DNA of 64,000 nt from a bacterium (GCA_963693055.1 OY843751.1:2304001-2368000); one strand, 5' to 3'. Positions 20,429 through 30,895 are shown, counted from the first letter of the stretch. Made by a program: numbers and translations. The notes: a model not told the origin generated them from the letters alone.

Positions 20429-22000
20429 ATGGCCTCACCCAATAATCGGTTGCTGGATAATTTTTTTATAAGGATGCTGTTAGGCCTTTTACTTGGTGCT
20501 TTGGCATTGAGTGTTGAACTTTTTTTTCAACAGGCTGTAATGGGACAAAATCCGTTTTTATTCCGTGCATATATAATTCCAATTGTATATGGGGGGCTTA
20601 GTGGTATATTATTGTCATATTTTTACACCAAAAATCAAACGGCCATTAAAAAAAAGCTGCGTTTTGAAACTACTCAAAAAAGCAGATACCAGCGTGAAAA
20701 TGAAAAAAATAATAAAATTTTAAAACATCTCAAGTCAAAACTCGATCATGAAATTTTTGAAAATAAAAACACTACATCTGCACTGCGTAAAGCAAAGCTG
20801 GAAATCAATAAAATCAATGATAGTTCCAATAGTATTGGCCGGGTATTGATTGTTGATGACGAGTATAATTTTTTGAAATTTTTACAAGACCAGATGTTCC
20901 AGGCTGAATTTGACGTTATTACTGCAACAAGCGGCAAAGAAGGTCTCATGAAGCTTACAGCTAATAATGTTGATCTGGTAATCAGTGATTATAAAATGCC
21001 AGAAATGTCAGGTGCTGATTTTTTAAAAAATGTTAAATTTGATTTTCCACAAGTTAGTCGTGCAGTTATGAGTGATTTTGAGTTTCAACCCTCAGTAGTT
21101 AAGATTCTTACTGAAGGACTTGCCACCACTGCTTTTGCTAAACCCCAGGGAAACGATGTCTCTCCTCTGACGCAGCAGATTACGAGAATGCTTAAAATGA
21201 GAAGGCAGTTGAATGATCAAAAAATATTGGAATTAATGGAAAGTATTGATCATTTACCCAAATTGCCATTTATTTTTAATGAATTTAATGACGCTGTAAG
21301 AAGAGAAGCCAATTTTCAAATGCTTTCTGAAATCATTAGTAAAGATGCTGGCATTTCTACAAAGTTGATGCAAATTGCCAATTCAGCGTTTCTAGCTACA
21401 GAAAAAACATCATCTCTTGAACAATCTATCATGATGTTAGGTGTTAATGCTACCCGTGATATTGTATTGACTGTTTCTTTGATGGAGCAGGGAACAGAGA
21501 AAAAAGAACATTTGGATTATTTCCAAAAAATCATGAAGCATTCTACTGTAGTTAACAAGTACATGGATCCCATTAGCAAAATTGTTTTAGGCAAAGGAAT
21601 TGATAGAAATTTTAAATCTATAGGCCTTACACATGATATTGGTAAAATCATGTTGTTGCAGCACTTTCCTGACCGTTTTGAAAAAATCATTTCATACCAG
21701 TTTTCTCATCCTAATACCAGTTTCTATGAAAGTGAAATAGCCTTGGGATATGAGAATTGCACCCATTCTGAAATTGGTGCTTATCTGCTCGATCTGTGGA
21801 ATTTTCCGGATGCAACTGTAGAAGTCTCTTTATTTCATCATAAACCCTCCGATGCCAGAGATATAAAAAATGTTGACGTTTTAAAAGCAGTAACCATTAC
21901 TAATGAATTGGTCAATTATTTAACCCGCCCGGTAAATATTGAAAATGTTAATTTTAGCAACATGTTTAAAGCTATTCGAGCTGATCTCCTTAAAAACTAG
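20429..22000 (+). CDS. Membrane-anchored REC-HDOD signalling protein
   Basis: Two N-terminal TM helices, coiled coil, VLIVDDE...VISDYKMP, then LMQIANSAF and GLTHDIGK. Confidence 0.85.
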   Translation: MASPNNRLLDNFFIRMLLGLLLGALALSVELFFQQAVMGQNPFLFRAYIIPIVYGGLSGILLSYFYTKNQTAIKKKLRFETTQKSRYQRENEKNNKILKHLKSKLDHEIFENKNTTSALRKAKLEINKINDSSNSIGRVLIVDDEYNFLKFLQDQMFQAEFDVITATSGKEGLMKLTANNVDLVISDYKMPEMSGADFLKNVKFDFPQVSRAVMSDFEFQPSVVKILTEGLATTAFAKPQGNDVSPLTQQITRMLKMRRQLNDQKILELMESIDHLPKLPFIFNEFNDAVRREANFQMLSEIISKDAGISTKLMQIANSAFLATEKTSSLEQSIMMLGVNATRDIVLTVSLMEQGTEKKEHLDYFQKIMKHSTVVNKYMDPISKIVLGKGIDRNFKSIGLTHDIGKIMLLQHFPDRFEKIISYQFSHPNTSFYESEIALGYENCTHSEIGAYLLDLWNFPDATVEVSLFHHKPSDARDIKNVDVLKAVTITNELVNYLTRPVNIENVNFSNMFKAIRADLLKN

Positions 22001-22016
22001 CCTCTTGACTCACTGT

Positions 22017-22043
22017 TGAAACCTTTTTTTCTATTTCCCCGTA
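22017..22043 (+). promoter_or_regulatory. Candidate ECF (SigW-like) promoter
   Basis: TGAAAC-N17-CGTA, about 35 bp upstream of ATG 22079. Confidence 0.5.
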
Positions 22044-22078
22044 TGTTAGATTATACTAAACATAAAAGGAGAGCGGGT

Positions 22079-22666
22079 ATGATAAAGTTTTATCTACTAT
22101 TATTTCTATTTCCATTCTATTTATGCACCGGGGCCGAGATTGAAGAGGATTGCGATGAAATTACCCTGAACTTTAATGACGGAATATACATGGGTGAATT
22201 CAGCACGGATAATTTTAATCTCGATATTGAGGATGATGAAATTATATTCAAATCTAACGAAACTCGTGATGTTGTGGTCATGACCAAAGATTGCGGACTG
22301 TTGATTAACAACGAGTCTATCGATTTAAATGGCTATCAAACGGATATGGTTTGTGAATATCGTGAATTAATGTATGGGATTGTTGACGAAGCTAAAGATC
22401 TGGGATTAGCCGGAGCCAAAGTTGGTTTAAAAGGGGCTGCAATTGGTTTAACCGCTGCTGCAAGTGTGGTTAAGCTTTTATTACCAGGATATGATGAGGA
22501 AGATCTTGAACGCGATATTGAATTTAAAACTGAAAAATTAGAGCTTGAAGCAGAAAAACTGGAAAAAAAGGGGGAAGAGATTGAAGTCATGGGTGATCAT
22601 TTGGATGATTTGCATGATGAATTAAAAGATAGTATTCCTGAATTAAAGGAATTGGGCTGGTTTTAA
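22079..22666 (+). CDS. Secreted acidic protein, YggN/DUF2884-like
   Basis: Signal peptide; 'LLINNESIDLNGYQ' followed by helical segments; ends SIPELKEL. Confidence 0.55.
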   Translation: MIKFYLLLFLFPFYLCTGAEIEEDCDEITLNFNDGIYMGEFSTDNFNLDIEDDEIIFKSNETRDVVVMTKDCGLLINNESIDLNGYQTDMVCEYRELMYGIVDEAKDLGLAGAKVGLKGAAIGLTAAASVVKLLLPGYDEEDLERDIEFKTEKLELEAEKLEKKGEEIEVMGDHLDDLHDELKDSIPELKELGWF

Positions 22667-22681
22667 ACCAGCCCTTTTCTA

Positions 22682-25501
22682 TTAATTTTTCTTTGATAAC
22701 AATCCGATAATACCAGCCAATATAAACAAAGTCGTCAGAAAACACATTGCAACTCCAATAAACAAAGCGCTGCCCAGTTGTCCGAATCCTCTCCATATTG
22801 AAAATACCAGAGATCCAAATCCCATCATGGTTGTTAATGACGTGAGAAGTATCGCTTTACCGGTACTGGAATAGACAAGTTGTAAATTACTCTTTCCTTC
22901 GCTGATCCATCGATGTATAACATGCACGCCATCATCTATTCCAATACCAATGATGAGCGGCAAGCCCATAACATTCATTACGGTTAATTGTAATCCCAAC
23001 AAGTGCATAGCGCCCACCATCCAGAACACACCGGCAATCAATGGTATCATGGCAATTAATGCATAACCCGGTTTTTTAAAGTCATACCACAATACAAAAA
23101 ACATCAGAATAATTGTCAATAATGCTGCGTTTCGTCCATCCTGGCCTATCACGTCTATCAAAGCTCTAAATACCGGCGGCATTCCGGTTGCGTTGGGGCT
23201 TATTCTTTCTAAATCATTTGAGAATTGTTCAAGAAATTTAGCATCTTGCCAGATATTTCCGGATGGAAAAACGGTAACCATGAACTGATCTCTTGTTTTG
23301 TTACTGTAACGGTCTTTGATAGATTCAGGTAAATCTTTAAATGTAATTTGGTCAACATTGCACATGTTTAATACTGAACTTTTAAAATAAGGGGCTGCCT
23401 GTTTTTGATAATCAGCCAGTTTAATTTTCGCAGTCGGATTTGATGCCAATTCATCTTTAATCAGTGATATATAGCTGGTTGGATTGTCGGCAGAAGGATC
23501 GCCCACAAGTTCTTTGCATTTTTTGTCTACCTTGTCTTGTCCGCCCAGATAAGCCATATCCTGCATTTCCATTATATTCATCTCAAGACGTTCAAGTTCG
23601 GTTATCAATTTGTCCATGTCTTTGGAAGAGATTTTGGATTGAATTACAGATTTTTCCAGTCTGTTTTGAATTTCATGTATGTGTGGTTTTCTTGCTTGCT
23701 GCTGTTTTACAGAAGGAAGATACATCGAGATATCATCCACTATGGCTACTGTTCCGGTCTTGCGATATTCTTCAGCGATCCTTCTTGATTCATCAATTGT
23801 TTCAGACAATACCATTCCATAATCCATGCTTAAATCAAATTTGTCCAGAATTGAATCCTGAAGTGCAATTGATGTAAGACCTTCCGGTTCAATATTCATG
23901 TAATTATGGTCAAAATTTATTCTAAAGGCGGCAATTGTTAATATGATTGTAAATAAAAATGCAATAGTGAGTGTAATTACCGGATGTTTGCCTAATTTTC
24001 CTGCAGTTTTACCCAAAAATATGAATGAAAGATCTCTCTTTTGAGTTACAATACCTTTTTGTTCTTTTTTCTTTTCACGTAAAACCAAAAGTGCAGGCAG
24101 GAATAAGAATGTAGAAATCATTATAGCAATCAACCCAAATCCACTTACCAATCCCATTTCTTTCATACCGCGAGAGCTGCTTATAACCAATGCAAGAAAT
24201 GCAATTGATGTTGTAATACCACCAGTCAATATGCCTCTGCCTATTTTGGAGAGGGTAAGCTCCAAGGATTCCTTGATGGATAAATGTTTGGCCCGGTATT
24301 CTGTAAAACCTGTTATAATATGGATTGAGAAATCAATACCTAAACCAATAAGAATAACCGTAAACATGTAGGTCATCATGTTGAGTTGACCCACTGTTAT
24401 AGCAGCTACACCCATTGCCCAAATGATTCCAATGATCAGATTTATGATTGCGTAAAATGGGGCCATCAACATTCTGAACGCAATAATAAGCATTACCAGA
24501 ATTGCTATAAATGCTATAACACTGGTAATCCCAAGGCTTTGTTCAGAATAAACCATTTCATCATGCGAAACTGCAATCATTCCAGTTAATCCGGCTTGTA
24601 CTCCGGGATATGCTTTTACATGATTGTCTACCAACTCTTGAACAACATCAGTTAAAAGAATGGTTTTATCCATTTCCATTAAACTAAATGTGGGTATTAT
24701 GTTCATAATAATAGCATCTTCGTCATACGACAACATAAAGGGATCGCCGTATAATAATTTGTCAATGACCTGTTTTGCCCGGGTTTCATCCACATTGCCC
24801 TTATTGTAATTTTGCAACAAAGTTATTAAATCTTTAATACCATTGAGAAATACAACCGCATTATCTTCTTTTTGACGTGTACTGATTGATTCTTTTTGTC
24901 CCACATATTCTTTTTCCATACTATTGTTCATATTTTCAATCAATGAGACAAGATTAGCATCGTAATACATATCTTTAATGTTTTTTAAATCATCTTCTTT
25001 AACCAGTAAAAGACCATTTTTTTTCAAAAAATCTATTTCGTTTTTATAATCAATTCGTTTAACCAGTTTTCTGGATATCAATGATTTTTGGGATGTAATT
25101 TCCTGTTCCAGTTCTTGAATGTCTTGGCTATTTTGCTCTTGCTTTGCTTGCAAGAGTTTTTGTTCTAATGTAGCAATTTCATCTTTTAACTCTGCGTTCT
25201 GGGTGGAATCAACAAGTGCCAGTATTTTCGGGGAAACTGATTCCGCAAATGATTTAATCTTTTTTTCATCTCCCTGTACCATGATGACCAAGCTGGTAGC
25301 TGTTGAAAATTCATCAAGGATTTTGTTAAATTGCAGTGTACGGATATCCTTTTCCGGTAAAAGATCTGACCATCGCATTGTAATATCGAGCTGTGAAGAA
25401 AATGCCATAAATATCACTGTCATTACGAGTACAAATGTGATCATCCTCCATGGATGTTCCGCATGCACATCAGCAAGCCTGGATAATAATTTCTCTCTCA
25501 T
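22682..25501 (-). CDS. MMPL/RND family transporter
   Basis: Duplicated TM blocks with IGLGIDFSIH and IGIGIDDGVH; large periplasmic loops. Confidence 0.9.
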   Translation of the reverse strand: MREKLLSRLADVHAEHPWRMITFVLVMTVIFMAFSSQLDITMRWSDLLPEKDIRTLQFNKILDEFSTATSLVIMVQGDEKKIKSFAESVSPKILALVDSTQNAELKDEIATLEQKLLQAKQEQNSQDIQELEQEITSQKSLISRKLVKRIDYKNEIDFLKKNGLLLVKEDDLKNIKDMYYDANLVSLIENMNNSMEKEYVGQKESISTRQKEDNAVVFLNGIKDLITLLQNYNKGNVDETRAKQVIDKLLYGDPFMLSYDEDAIIMNIIPTFSLMEMDKTILLTDVVQELVDNHVKAYPGVQAGLTGMIAVSHDEMVYSEQSLGITSVIAFIAILVMLIIAFRMLMAPFYAIINLIIGIIWAMGVAAITVGQLNMMTYMFTVILIGLGIDFSIHIITGFTEYRAKHLSIKESLELTLSKIGRGILTGGITTSIAFLALVISSSRGMKEMGLVSGFGLIAIMISTFLFLPALLVLREKKKEQKGIVTQKRDLSFIFLGKTAGKLGKHPVITLTIAFLFTIILTIAAFRINFDHNYMNIEPEGLTSIALQDSILDKFDLSMDYGMVLSETIDESRRIAEEYRKTGTVAIVDDISMYLPSVKQQQARKPHIHEIQNRLEKSVIQSKISSKDMDKLITELERLEMNIMEMQDMAYLGGQDKVDKKCKELVGDPSADNPTSYISLIKDELASNPTAKIKLADYQKQAAPYFKSSVLNMCNVDQITFKDLPESIKDRYSNKTRDQFMVTVFPSGNIWQDAKFLEQFSNDLERISPNATGMPPVFRALIDVIGQDGRNAALLTIILMFFVLWYDFKKPGYALIAMIPLIAGVFWMVGAMHLLGLQLTVMNVMGLPLIIGIGIDDGVHVIHRWISEGKSNLQLVYSSTGKAILLTSLTTMMGFGSLVFSIWRGFGQLGSALFIGVAMCFLTTLFILAGIIGLLSKKN

Positions 25502-25522
25502 TTTTACAAATGTCCTTTATGA

Positions 25523-26641
25523 TTAGATTTTTTTGATTTCGGTTTTGATACCCATCGTATCTATATCACGAATAAACTGTACAGGATCTACTATATTGGC
25601 TTGATACCATAAACCGGTTTGCTTAATTGTTCCTTCGTTGTATTGTTTTAAACATGCAACCACAGGTACGGCTGTTAAAAAGTAACCATCTGTGTGCATC
25701 AAGTTGATTTGAATTTTAGATTTTTTATCGTTTGTGAACCCATCCGCTTCCAGATTTAACATGGTAATAAATGGAGGTTTACTGAATTTTTGCAAACTCC
25801 ATTGAAACAGTTTGCCCATTTTCTTTTCAGATTTGGGAAACCATTTTAATCCCAGCATTACAATTGGGGTAATGAGATAATCTGTAACCCCATTAAAGCC
25901 GGCAATATAGAAACCGGTTTCCTGTAAAGAGGGCACAAGATATAACAATTCTTCAAATTCATTCATAACCATTGCAATACAATTTGTTTTACCAACAGGA
26001 TACCCAAAGTCGTATTTGGGCATGTTTTTATAAGCGAGGGTTACCCATTCTCTGTTTTTAATTATCTGAGGTTTGTAATCTTTAAATTCATTGACCATTT
26101 CAAGAACGGTTGATTCTGAAAATGAATAAGCATTCCAGTCCAGACGAATTGTGCTATAAATATTACCTGTAACCAACTCATTCATCTCTTTGGCTGCATA
26201 TCGGACCAACGCTGCAGGAACGCCCGGATGAAATCCTGCATCTGTAATAAAGAGCCGCTCATTCCTGAGTATTTCGGTTTTAAAGGATTTTAATGTATTC
26301 AGCTTTTGATGATTAGATAATTGCGTGTCCAAATAATCGGTTCCGGTGGTCAATGCTGCTTTTACCGCACTTTCAACATATTCCATCGTGCTTGATGCCA
26401 TTACAGCCATATCTGCAAGGTTAAATGCAGTTTCAAGACTCTTTTGATTTGCTGCATCTACTTTTAAAGAATGTACCCGATTACCCGAAAACATTTTGTT
26501 CAACTCGTCGGATGTTTCCTGAGCACGAATTTTGTTCCTTCCCGCAATGATGACATTTGAATCTGTGTGTAATAACAGTAATTCAGCTATCTGGAAACCT
26601 GTGTTTCCATAACCACCAACAATCAGGAATGTTTTGCTCAT
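25523..26641 (-). CDS. Saccharopine dehydrogenase-like NAD(P)-binding oxidoreductase
   Basis: IVGGYGNTG, IAGRN, DYLD, AGFHPG. Confidence 0.8.
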   Translation of the reverse strand: MSKTFLIVGGYGNTGFQIAELLLLHTDSNVIIAGRNKIRAQETSDELNKMFSGNRVHSLKVDAANQKSLETAFNLADMAVMASSTMEYVESAVKAALTTGTDYLDTQLSNHQKLNTLKSFKTEILRNERLFITDAGFHPGVPAALVRYAAKEMNELVTGNIYSTIRLDWNAYSFSESTVLEMVNEFKDYKPQIIKNREWVTLAYKNMPKYDFGYPVGKTNCIAMVMNEFEELLYLVPSLQETGFYIAGFNGVTDYLITPIVMLGLKWFPKSEKKMGKLFQWSLQKFSKPPFITMLNLEADGFTNDKKSKIQINLMHTDGYFLTAVPVVACLKQYNEGTIKQTGLWYQANIVDPVQFIRDIDTMGIKTEIKKI

Positions 26642-26653
26642 ATATTCCTCGAA

Positions 26654-27880
26654 TTAAAAGTAAACCCTTAATCTGGCAAGTCCACCATTGCCCATGTTTT
26701 GAGCATAGCATCTGCCATTTTCACCGGTATAATAATTACCAAAAACAGTCAATTCTACATCCTGGAATACACTGTATACTATTATTGGAACAAGTGCTGC
26801 TGAACCATCACTAATGCTGTATATTGTCGATAATCCGGCTGAGATGAGATCTGTAACCGGATATTGGACCAAGCCGGAGAACTGGTCTCTTGATAGTGTT
26901 TTCATTTCCGCTGAAAACATCCACATCCAATCATTCAAGTCATAATTCTGCCAATCAGATTTTGCCATTGAATTGTGATAATATTCACCCATGATATACA
27001 AACCCGATTCAAATGTATAATCAACACCTGCAATCCATTCCCAATGGCCTTTTATTGATTCAATCTCAATTTCGGATTTATTGTCCACTTTATTATAGGC
27101 ACCTTCTGCCCATACACCCAGACCCAATAATTCTCCAACCAGATCTCCACCAATCAAGTCTCTTTTATAATTCACTGTTTGAAAGGAATAATAATCTGTA
27201 ATGTTCCAGTACCTGCTTGTTCCCATAACAGACACGTCAAAATGCCCCAGCCTGCTTTTGAGTTTAAGCATTTTTGCAGTATCTTTCCATTCTTCTCCTG
27301 CGGCAAGAATTGAGACCAATCCAAACCTGTCACCCAATGGCATTTCAAGCTTGATGGCATTTTGTCCGGGTTGTTCATAAGTGGGATCAAGAATATCTTT
27401 GTGATTGAATATATCTGTGGGATTCCAGGTATAACCTGTACCCATGGGTAACTGTTGTTTACCGATTGTAAGGTCAAATTTGTCAAATGCCAATCTTACA
27501 TATGCATTGTCTAAAAATATTTTATCTGGTCTGTCAACATACATGGGACCCATATTTGAAACCATATCCCCAAAGTTGAAAACAAAGTAAGGCTTAATCA
27601 TTGCCGGCACCTGAGCGGAAATATGAGAGGGAAGATAGTCCAGCATGTCCCATTCGGTTTTGCCATGATAGGTGATATAATCAAAATTAGCGCCAAAAGA
27701 AACTCTGTCTGAAAGATCTTTGGCAATGTCTACACGGAGTTTATTTGAACTGATATTGTAATAATTGTCTTTAAAGTTTAGCACAGTGTATTGGGGCTCA
27801 AAATATCCAAATATATCCAATTCCTGAGCTGAGAGGAAGGAGGTTAGCAATAACAGAACTATTAATAAATGTTTTGTCAT
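26654..27880 (-). CDS. Outer-membrane beta-barrel protein
   Basis: Signal peptide, DLTIGKQQLPMGTG..WNPTD, C-terminal RLRVYF. Confidence 0.7.
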   Translation of the reverse strand: MTKHLLIVLLLLTSFLSAQELDIFGYFEPQYTVLNFKDNYYNISSNKLRVDIAKDLSDRVSFGANFDYITYHGKTEWDMLDYLPSHISAQVPAMIKPYFVFNFGDMVSNMGPMYVDRPDKIFLDNAYVRLAFDKFDLTIGKQQLPMGTGYTWNPTDIFNHKDILDPTYEQPGQNAIKLEMPLGDRFGLVSILAAGEEWKDTAKMLKLKSRLGHFDVSVMGTSRYWNITDYYSFQTVNYKRDLIGGDLVGELLGLGVWAEGAYNKVDNKSEIEIESIKGHWEWIAGVDYTFESGLYIMGEYYHNSMAKSDWQNYDLNDWMWMFSAEMKTLSRDQFSGLVQYPVTDLISAGLSTIYSISDGSAALVPIIVYSVFQDVELTVFGNYYTGENGRCYAQNMGNGGLARLRVYF

Positions 27881-28635
27881 TTTTTCAACTCTCTTTCGGT
27901 AAACATTTCATCATCCAAATCAATATTATATTGAATGTCTTTGATTTTCATTATTGTATTTGTATTGTCATTATGGTTTACCATTTCCATAAAGGTACCT
28001 GTGGGAATGTTATCAATGACTTTGATTTCTTTTTGGTACAAAGATTTTTCAACCCGGTTAGCATCGTCTTTATAATAATCAATTACAACCGGTACAAAGT
28101 TTTCTTTGACTACCCACATGACCATTTTAATATAAGCCGAGCTAGCATCCGGTTTGCGGTTTAATTCTAATTTAAAGCAATTGTAACCTTCTTTTTCTTC
28201 GTTACCGGTTATGGTAGTTGTAAAATCGGTTAAAAAGGCGTTTGATGCACCCATATCTTCGTACGAAAAATCACTGCCTTCCATTTTTTGTTTTTTTGCA
28301 TGTGTTGCCAGTTTTCTAACACGCTTTGTCCGTACAAAATAGGACCATATATCATCTGCATTGTTGAGCATTAATATTTTTTGTCCTTTAACTCGCTGCG
28401 GAGATTGATAGATCATCAGGTTTTTTTCGCCCTTGTCTTTTGAATAGGTAAGGTATTCAAAAGTGCGCTTGTCCCCACTGGATGTGGTAATTGTCATTTC
28501 CATTGTTGCTTTGCTTGACGGTTGATTCATCAAATCATTTACTTTGGTTATAATTTCATTTGCTGTGGGTTCAGCAGCAAATGATGATATAGTTAAGAGT
28601 AAACCTAAAAATAAGGGGATTGTTTTAAACTTCAT
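27877..28635 (-). CDS. LolA-like outer-membrane lipoprotein-sorting protein
   Basis: SPQRVKG, DDIWSY...RVRKLA, GSDFSYEDM, FTERELK. Confidence 0.88.
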   Translation of the reverse strand: MKFKTIPLFLGLLLTISSFAAEPTANEIITKVNDLMNQPSSKATMEMTITTSSGDKRTFEYLTYSKDKGEKNLMIYQSPQRVKGQKILMLNNADDIWSYFVRTKRVRKLATHAKKQKMEGSDFSYEDMGASNAFLTDFTTTITGNEEKEGYNCFKLELNRKPDASSAYIKMVMWVVKENFVPVVIDYYKDDANRVEKSLYQKEIKVIDNIPTGTFMEMVNHNDNTNTIMKIKDIQYNIDLDDEMFTERELKK

Positions 28636-29228
28636 TCTTTTGCTCCTTTTTTAGGGTGAACAATCAAGAGAAATATACCAATTAGAAGGGCCCCAAATCC
28701 AAAGACCCAGGTGAATATTTCAAGCCCATATTCCAGGAAAATGGAAACTGCTAAAATGCCGCTGATAACCTGTATTTCACAAAAAAATAATAATATTTTG
28801 CGGATGCTAAATATGACCATTGAAAACATTGCTATACCTGTAGAAATTAACCAGAGTCCCGGAATATATATAGCTTGATCAATCTGTATAAATACAGTAG
28901 TAAATATGATAGGGAATAGGAAAATACTAAATGCAATTCCCCACATTTTCATCAAAAATGGATTAAAAGGTTCAATACCCCGGGATTTAGCTTCTCTAAA
29001 CCAAAAGAATGTTTCCAGTGTACCGCCTATAATAAAAATTATGATCCATAAATTGAGAATAAAAGAAAACTGACTGGTTTTAATTAACCATTCTGTGATT
29101 AATCCACCAATCAATCCCAGAATTCCCCATTCAATCCATTGCCATGGGGAGAAAAACATACGATCTGTTGCCTTATCCATCAAATCACGGATATATTTGA
29201 TCTGGTCAAGTGCTTCTTCCTGTTTCAT
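28632..29228 (-). CDS. Hypothetical membrane protein (about 6 TM helices)
   Basis: 'ALDQIKYIRDLM' N-terminus followed by hydrophobic helices; lies in the operon after the wHTH gene. Confidence 0.7.
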   Translation of the reverse strand: MKQEEALDQIKYIRDLMDKATDRMFFSPWQWIEWGILGLIGGLITEWLIKTSQFSFILNLWIIIFIIGGTLETFFWFREAKSRGIEPFNPFLMKMWGIAFSIFLFPIIFTTVFIQIDQAIYIPGLWLISTGIAMFSMVIFSIRKILLFFCEIQVISGILAVSIFLEYGLEIFTWVFGFGALLIGIFLLIVHPKKGAKE

Positions 29229-29240
29229 TGTCCCACCATT

Positions 29241-29546
29241 TTATTTGTTAATACCTTTAATGATTTGCTCCAGCATTTCTAAATAATTCTCGAATGCTTT
29301 TTTGCCTTTTTCTGTAATGCTGAACGTAGTGCGTGGTTTATTTTCTACAAATTCTTTTGTAACCGTAATATACTCGTTTTGTTCAAGGACCTTCATGTGT
29401 ACGCTTGTATTACCTCGTGTTAGATTTAACTCATTTACAAGTTCAGTAAATGTTACCTGCTTTCTGGCAATAAGGATCGTCATTATTCCCAATCGCACTC
29501 TGTCATGAAAAATTTTGTCTAGTTTGTTTGTTAGTTCTGTAACCAT
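29241..29546 (-). CDS. Winged-helix transcriptional regulator (HTH_34/ArsR-like)
   Basis: FHDRVRLGIMTIL, LTRGNTSVHMKVLE, KPRTTFSITEKGKKAF; GAGG RBS before ATG 29546. Confidence 0.88.
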   Translation of the reverse strand: MVTELTNKLDKIFHDRVRLGIMTILIARKQVTFTELVNELNLTRGNTSVHMKVLEQNEYITVTKEFVENKPRTTFSITEKGKKAFENYLEMLEQIIKGINK

Positions 29547-29570
29547 AAATCTATATTCCTCGACGTGAAC

Positions 29571-29597
29571 AAACTTGTTTGTATCACAAACATGTTT
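29571..29597. promoter_or_regulatory. Palindromic operator candidate
   Basis: AAACTTGTTTGT-ATC-ACAAACATGTTT, an 11/12 inverted repeat 25 bp upstream of the wHTH gene. Confidence 0.6.
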
Positions 29598-29709
29598 ACG
29601 TAAAGATAGGAATAATTGTTTCATAATCAAGAATTTTTTTTTATTTTATTTATGAAATATTAAGGCTTGAAGACTGTTATATTATTCTCATATGAACAGG
29701 AGTATTTTT

Positions 29710-29931
29710 ATGTCTGATGATTCTCACAATGCGGGTGTTTCAACATCACAAATTAAGTTTTGTGATTTGCGCTGCGAGCATGCAGAGTTTCCCAAGCTTC
29801 ACAGTGTAGATGGTTCAAACAGTTGCAGAACTTTTGCAGCATTATACTGTAAAGAACTGGATCAATTGGTTACAAAAAACGCACCTTGTGCTGTCATTTT
29901 TGGCAAGCGTCGTCCGAAATCAAATATTTAA
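29710..29931 (+). CDS. Small Cys-rich hypothetical protein
   Basis: GGAG RBS; FCDLRC...SCRTF..LYC...NAPC. Confidence 0.6.
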   Translation: MSDDSHNAGVSTSQIKFCDLRCEHAEFPKLHSVDGSNSCRTFAALYCKELDQLVTKNAPCAVIFGKRRPKSNI

Positions 29932-29946
29932 AGAGGGAATAGGGGT

Positions 29947-30825
29947 TTGAAGAAAATCTTGATTACCGGTGCAAGTGGATTTCTAGGCGGACATGTCTAT
30001 AAACTTGCAAGGGAGCGGTTTGAAACGTATGCCGGTTTCCATGATCATGTAATTAATGAAAAAGGAGAGTGGGTTCAGCTTGATCTGACTGATGCTGAAA
30101 ATCTATCTCTGGTCATTTACAAGATTAAACCCGATGTGGTTGTACATTCCGCTGCTATTAGCAATCTGGATTTATGTGAAAAAGATCCCGAATTTGCTTT
30201 TAAAGTAAATACCAAAAGTACAATACATTTGGCCCAACTTGCCAAAGAAATGAAATTCAGATTGATCTTTATCTCCACGGATATGGCCTTTAATGGCCAA
30301 TCCGGGATGTACAAGGTTTCTGATAATGTTTCTCCCATTTCCATTTATGGTAGATCCAAAGTTAATGCTGAAAAAGCAATTCTTGATAAACAGATTGATA
30401 CTGTCATCATTCGATCAGCATTGATCTATGGGCATCCTGCAACCGGGGGGAGTTCTTTTTCCATGTGGATAGAAAACCAGCTTGTTGAAAAAAAACCGGT
30501 TGCATTGTATCATGATCAGTTCAGAACCCCCATTCTGGTGAATAACCTTGCACGGTTGATCATAGAGCTTACCGAATCAAATGTAACGGGAATTATACAT
30601 GGCGGGGGAAGTGAGCGAATTGATAGATATCATTTTGGACTGAAAATGTGTGAATTGGGCGGATTTGATTCATCATTATTATCAACAATATCCATGCATC
30701 AACATAATCCACCAGCGCCAAGGCCAAAGGATGTTTCTTTGGATATTTCAAATACACTGCAACAATGCAATACACCCATTCTGGATGTTGAAGCGGGGTT
30801 GGCTGAAATGTTTAAAGCGAATTAA
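29947..30825 (+). CDS. RmlD-like SDR oxidoreductase (dTDP-4-dehydrorhamnose reductase family)
   Basis: ITGASGFLG, FISTD, YGRSK, DQFRTP, APRP. Confidence 0.85.
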   Translation: MKKILITGASGFLGGHVYKLARERFETYAGFHDHVINEKGEWVQLDLTDAENLSLVIYKIKPDVVVHSAAISNLDLCEKDPEFAFKVNTKSTIHLAQLAKEMKFRLIFISTDMAFNGQSGMYKVSDNVSPISIYGRSKVNAEKAILDKQIDTVIIRSALIYGHPATGGSSFSMWIENQLVEKKPVALYHDQFRTPILVNNLARLIIELTESNVTGIIHGGGSERIDRYHFGLKMCELGGFDSSLLSTISMHQHNPPAPRPKDVSLDISNTLQQCNTPILDVEAGLAEMFKAN

Positions 30826-30895
30826 TTCATTGGGAATATACCTTTTATGAGTTTAGTTACATAAAACTCGATTGTAGTGTAGAAAGGATAAAAGA

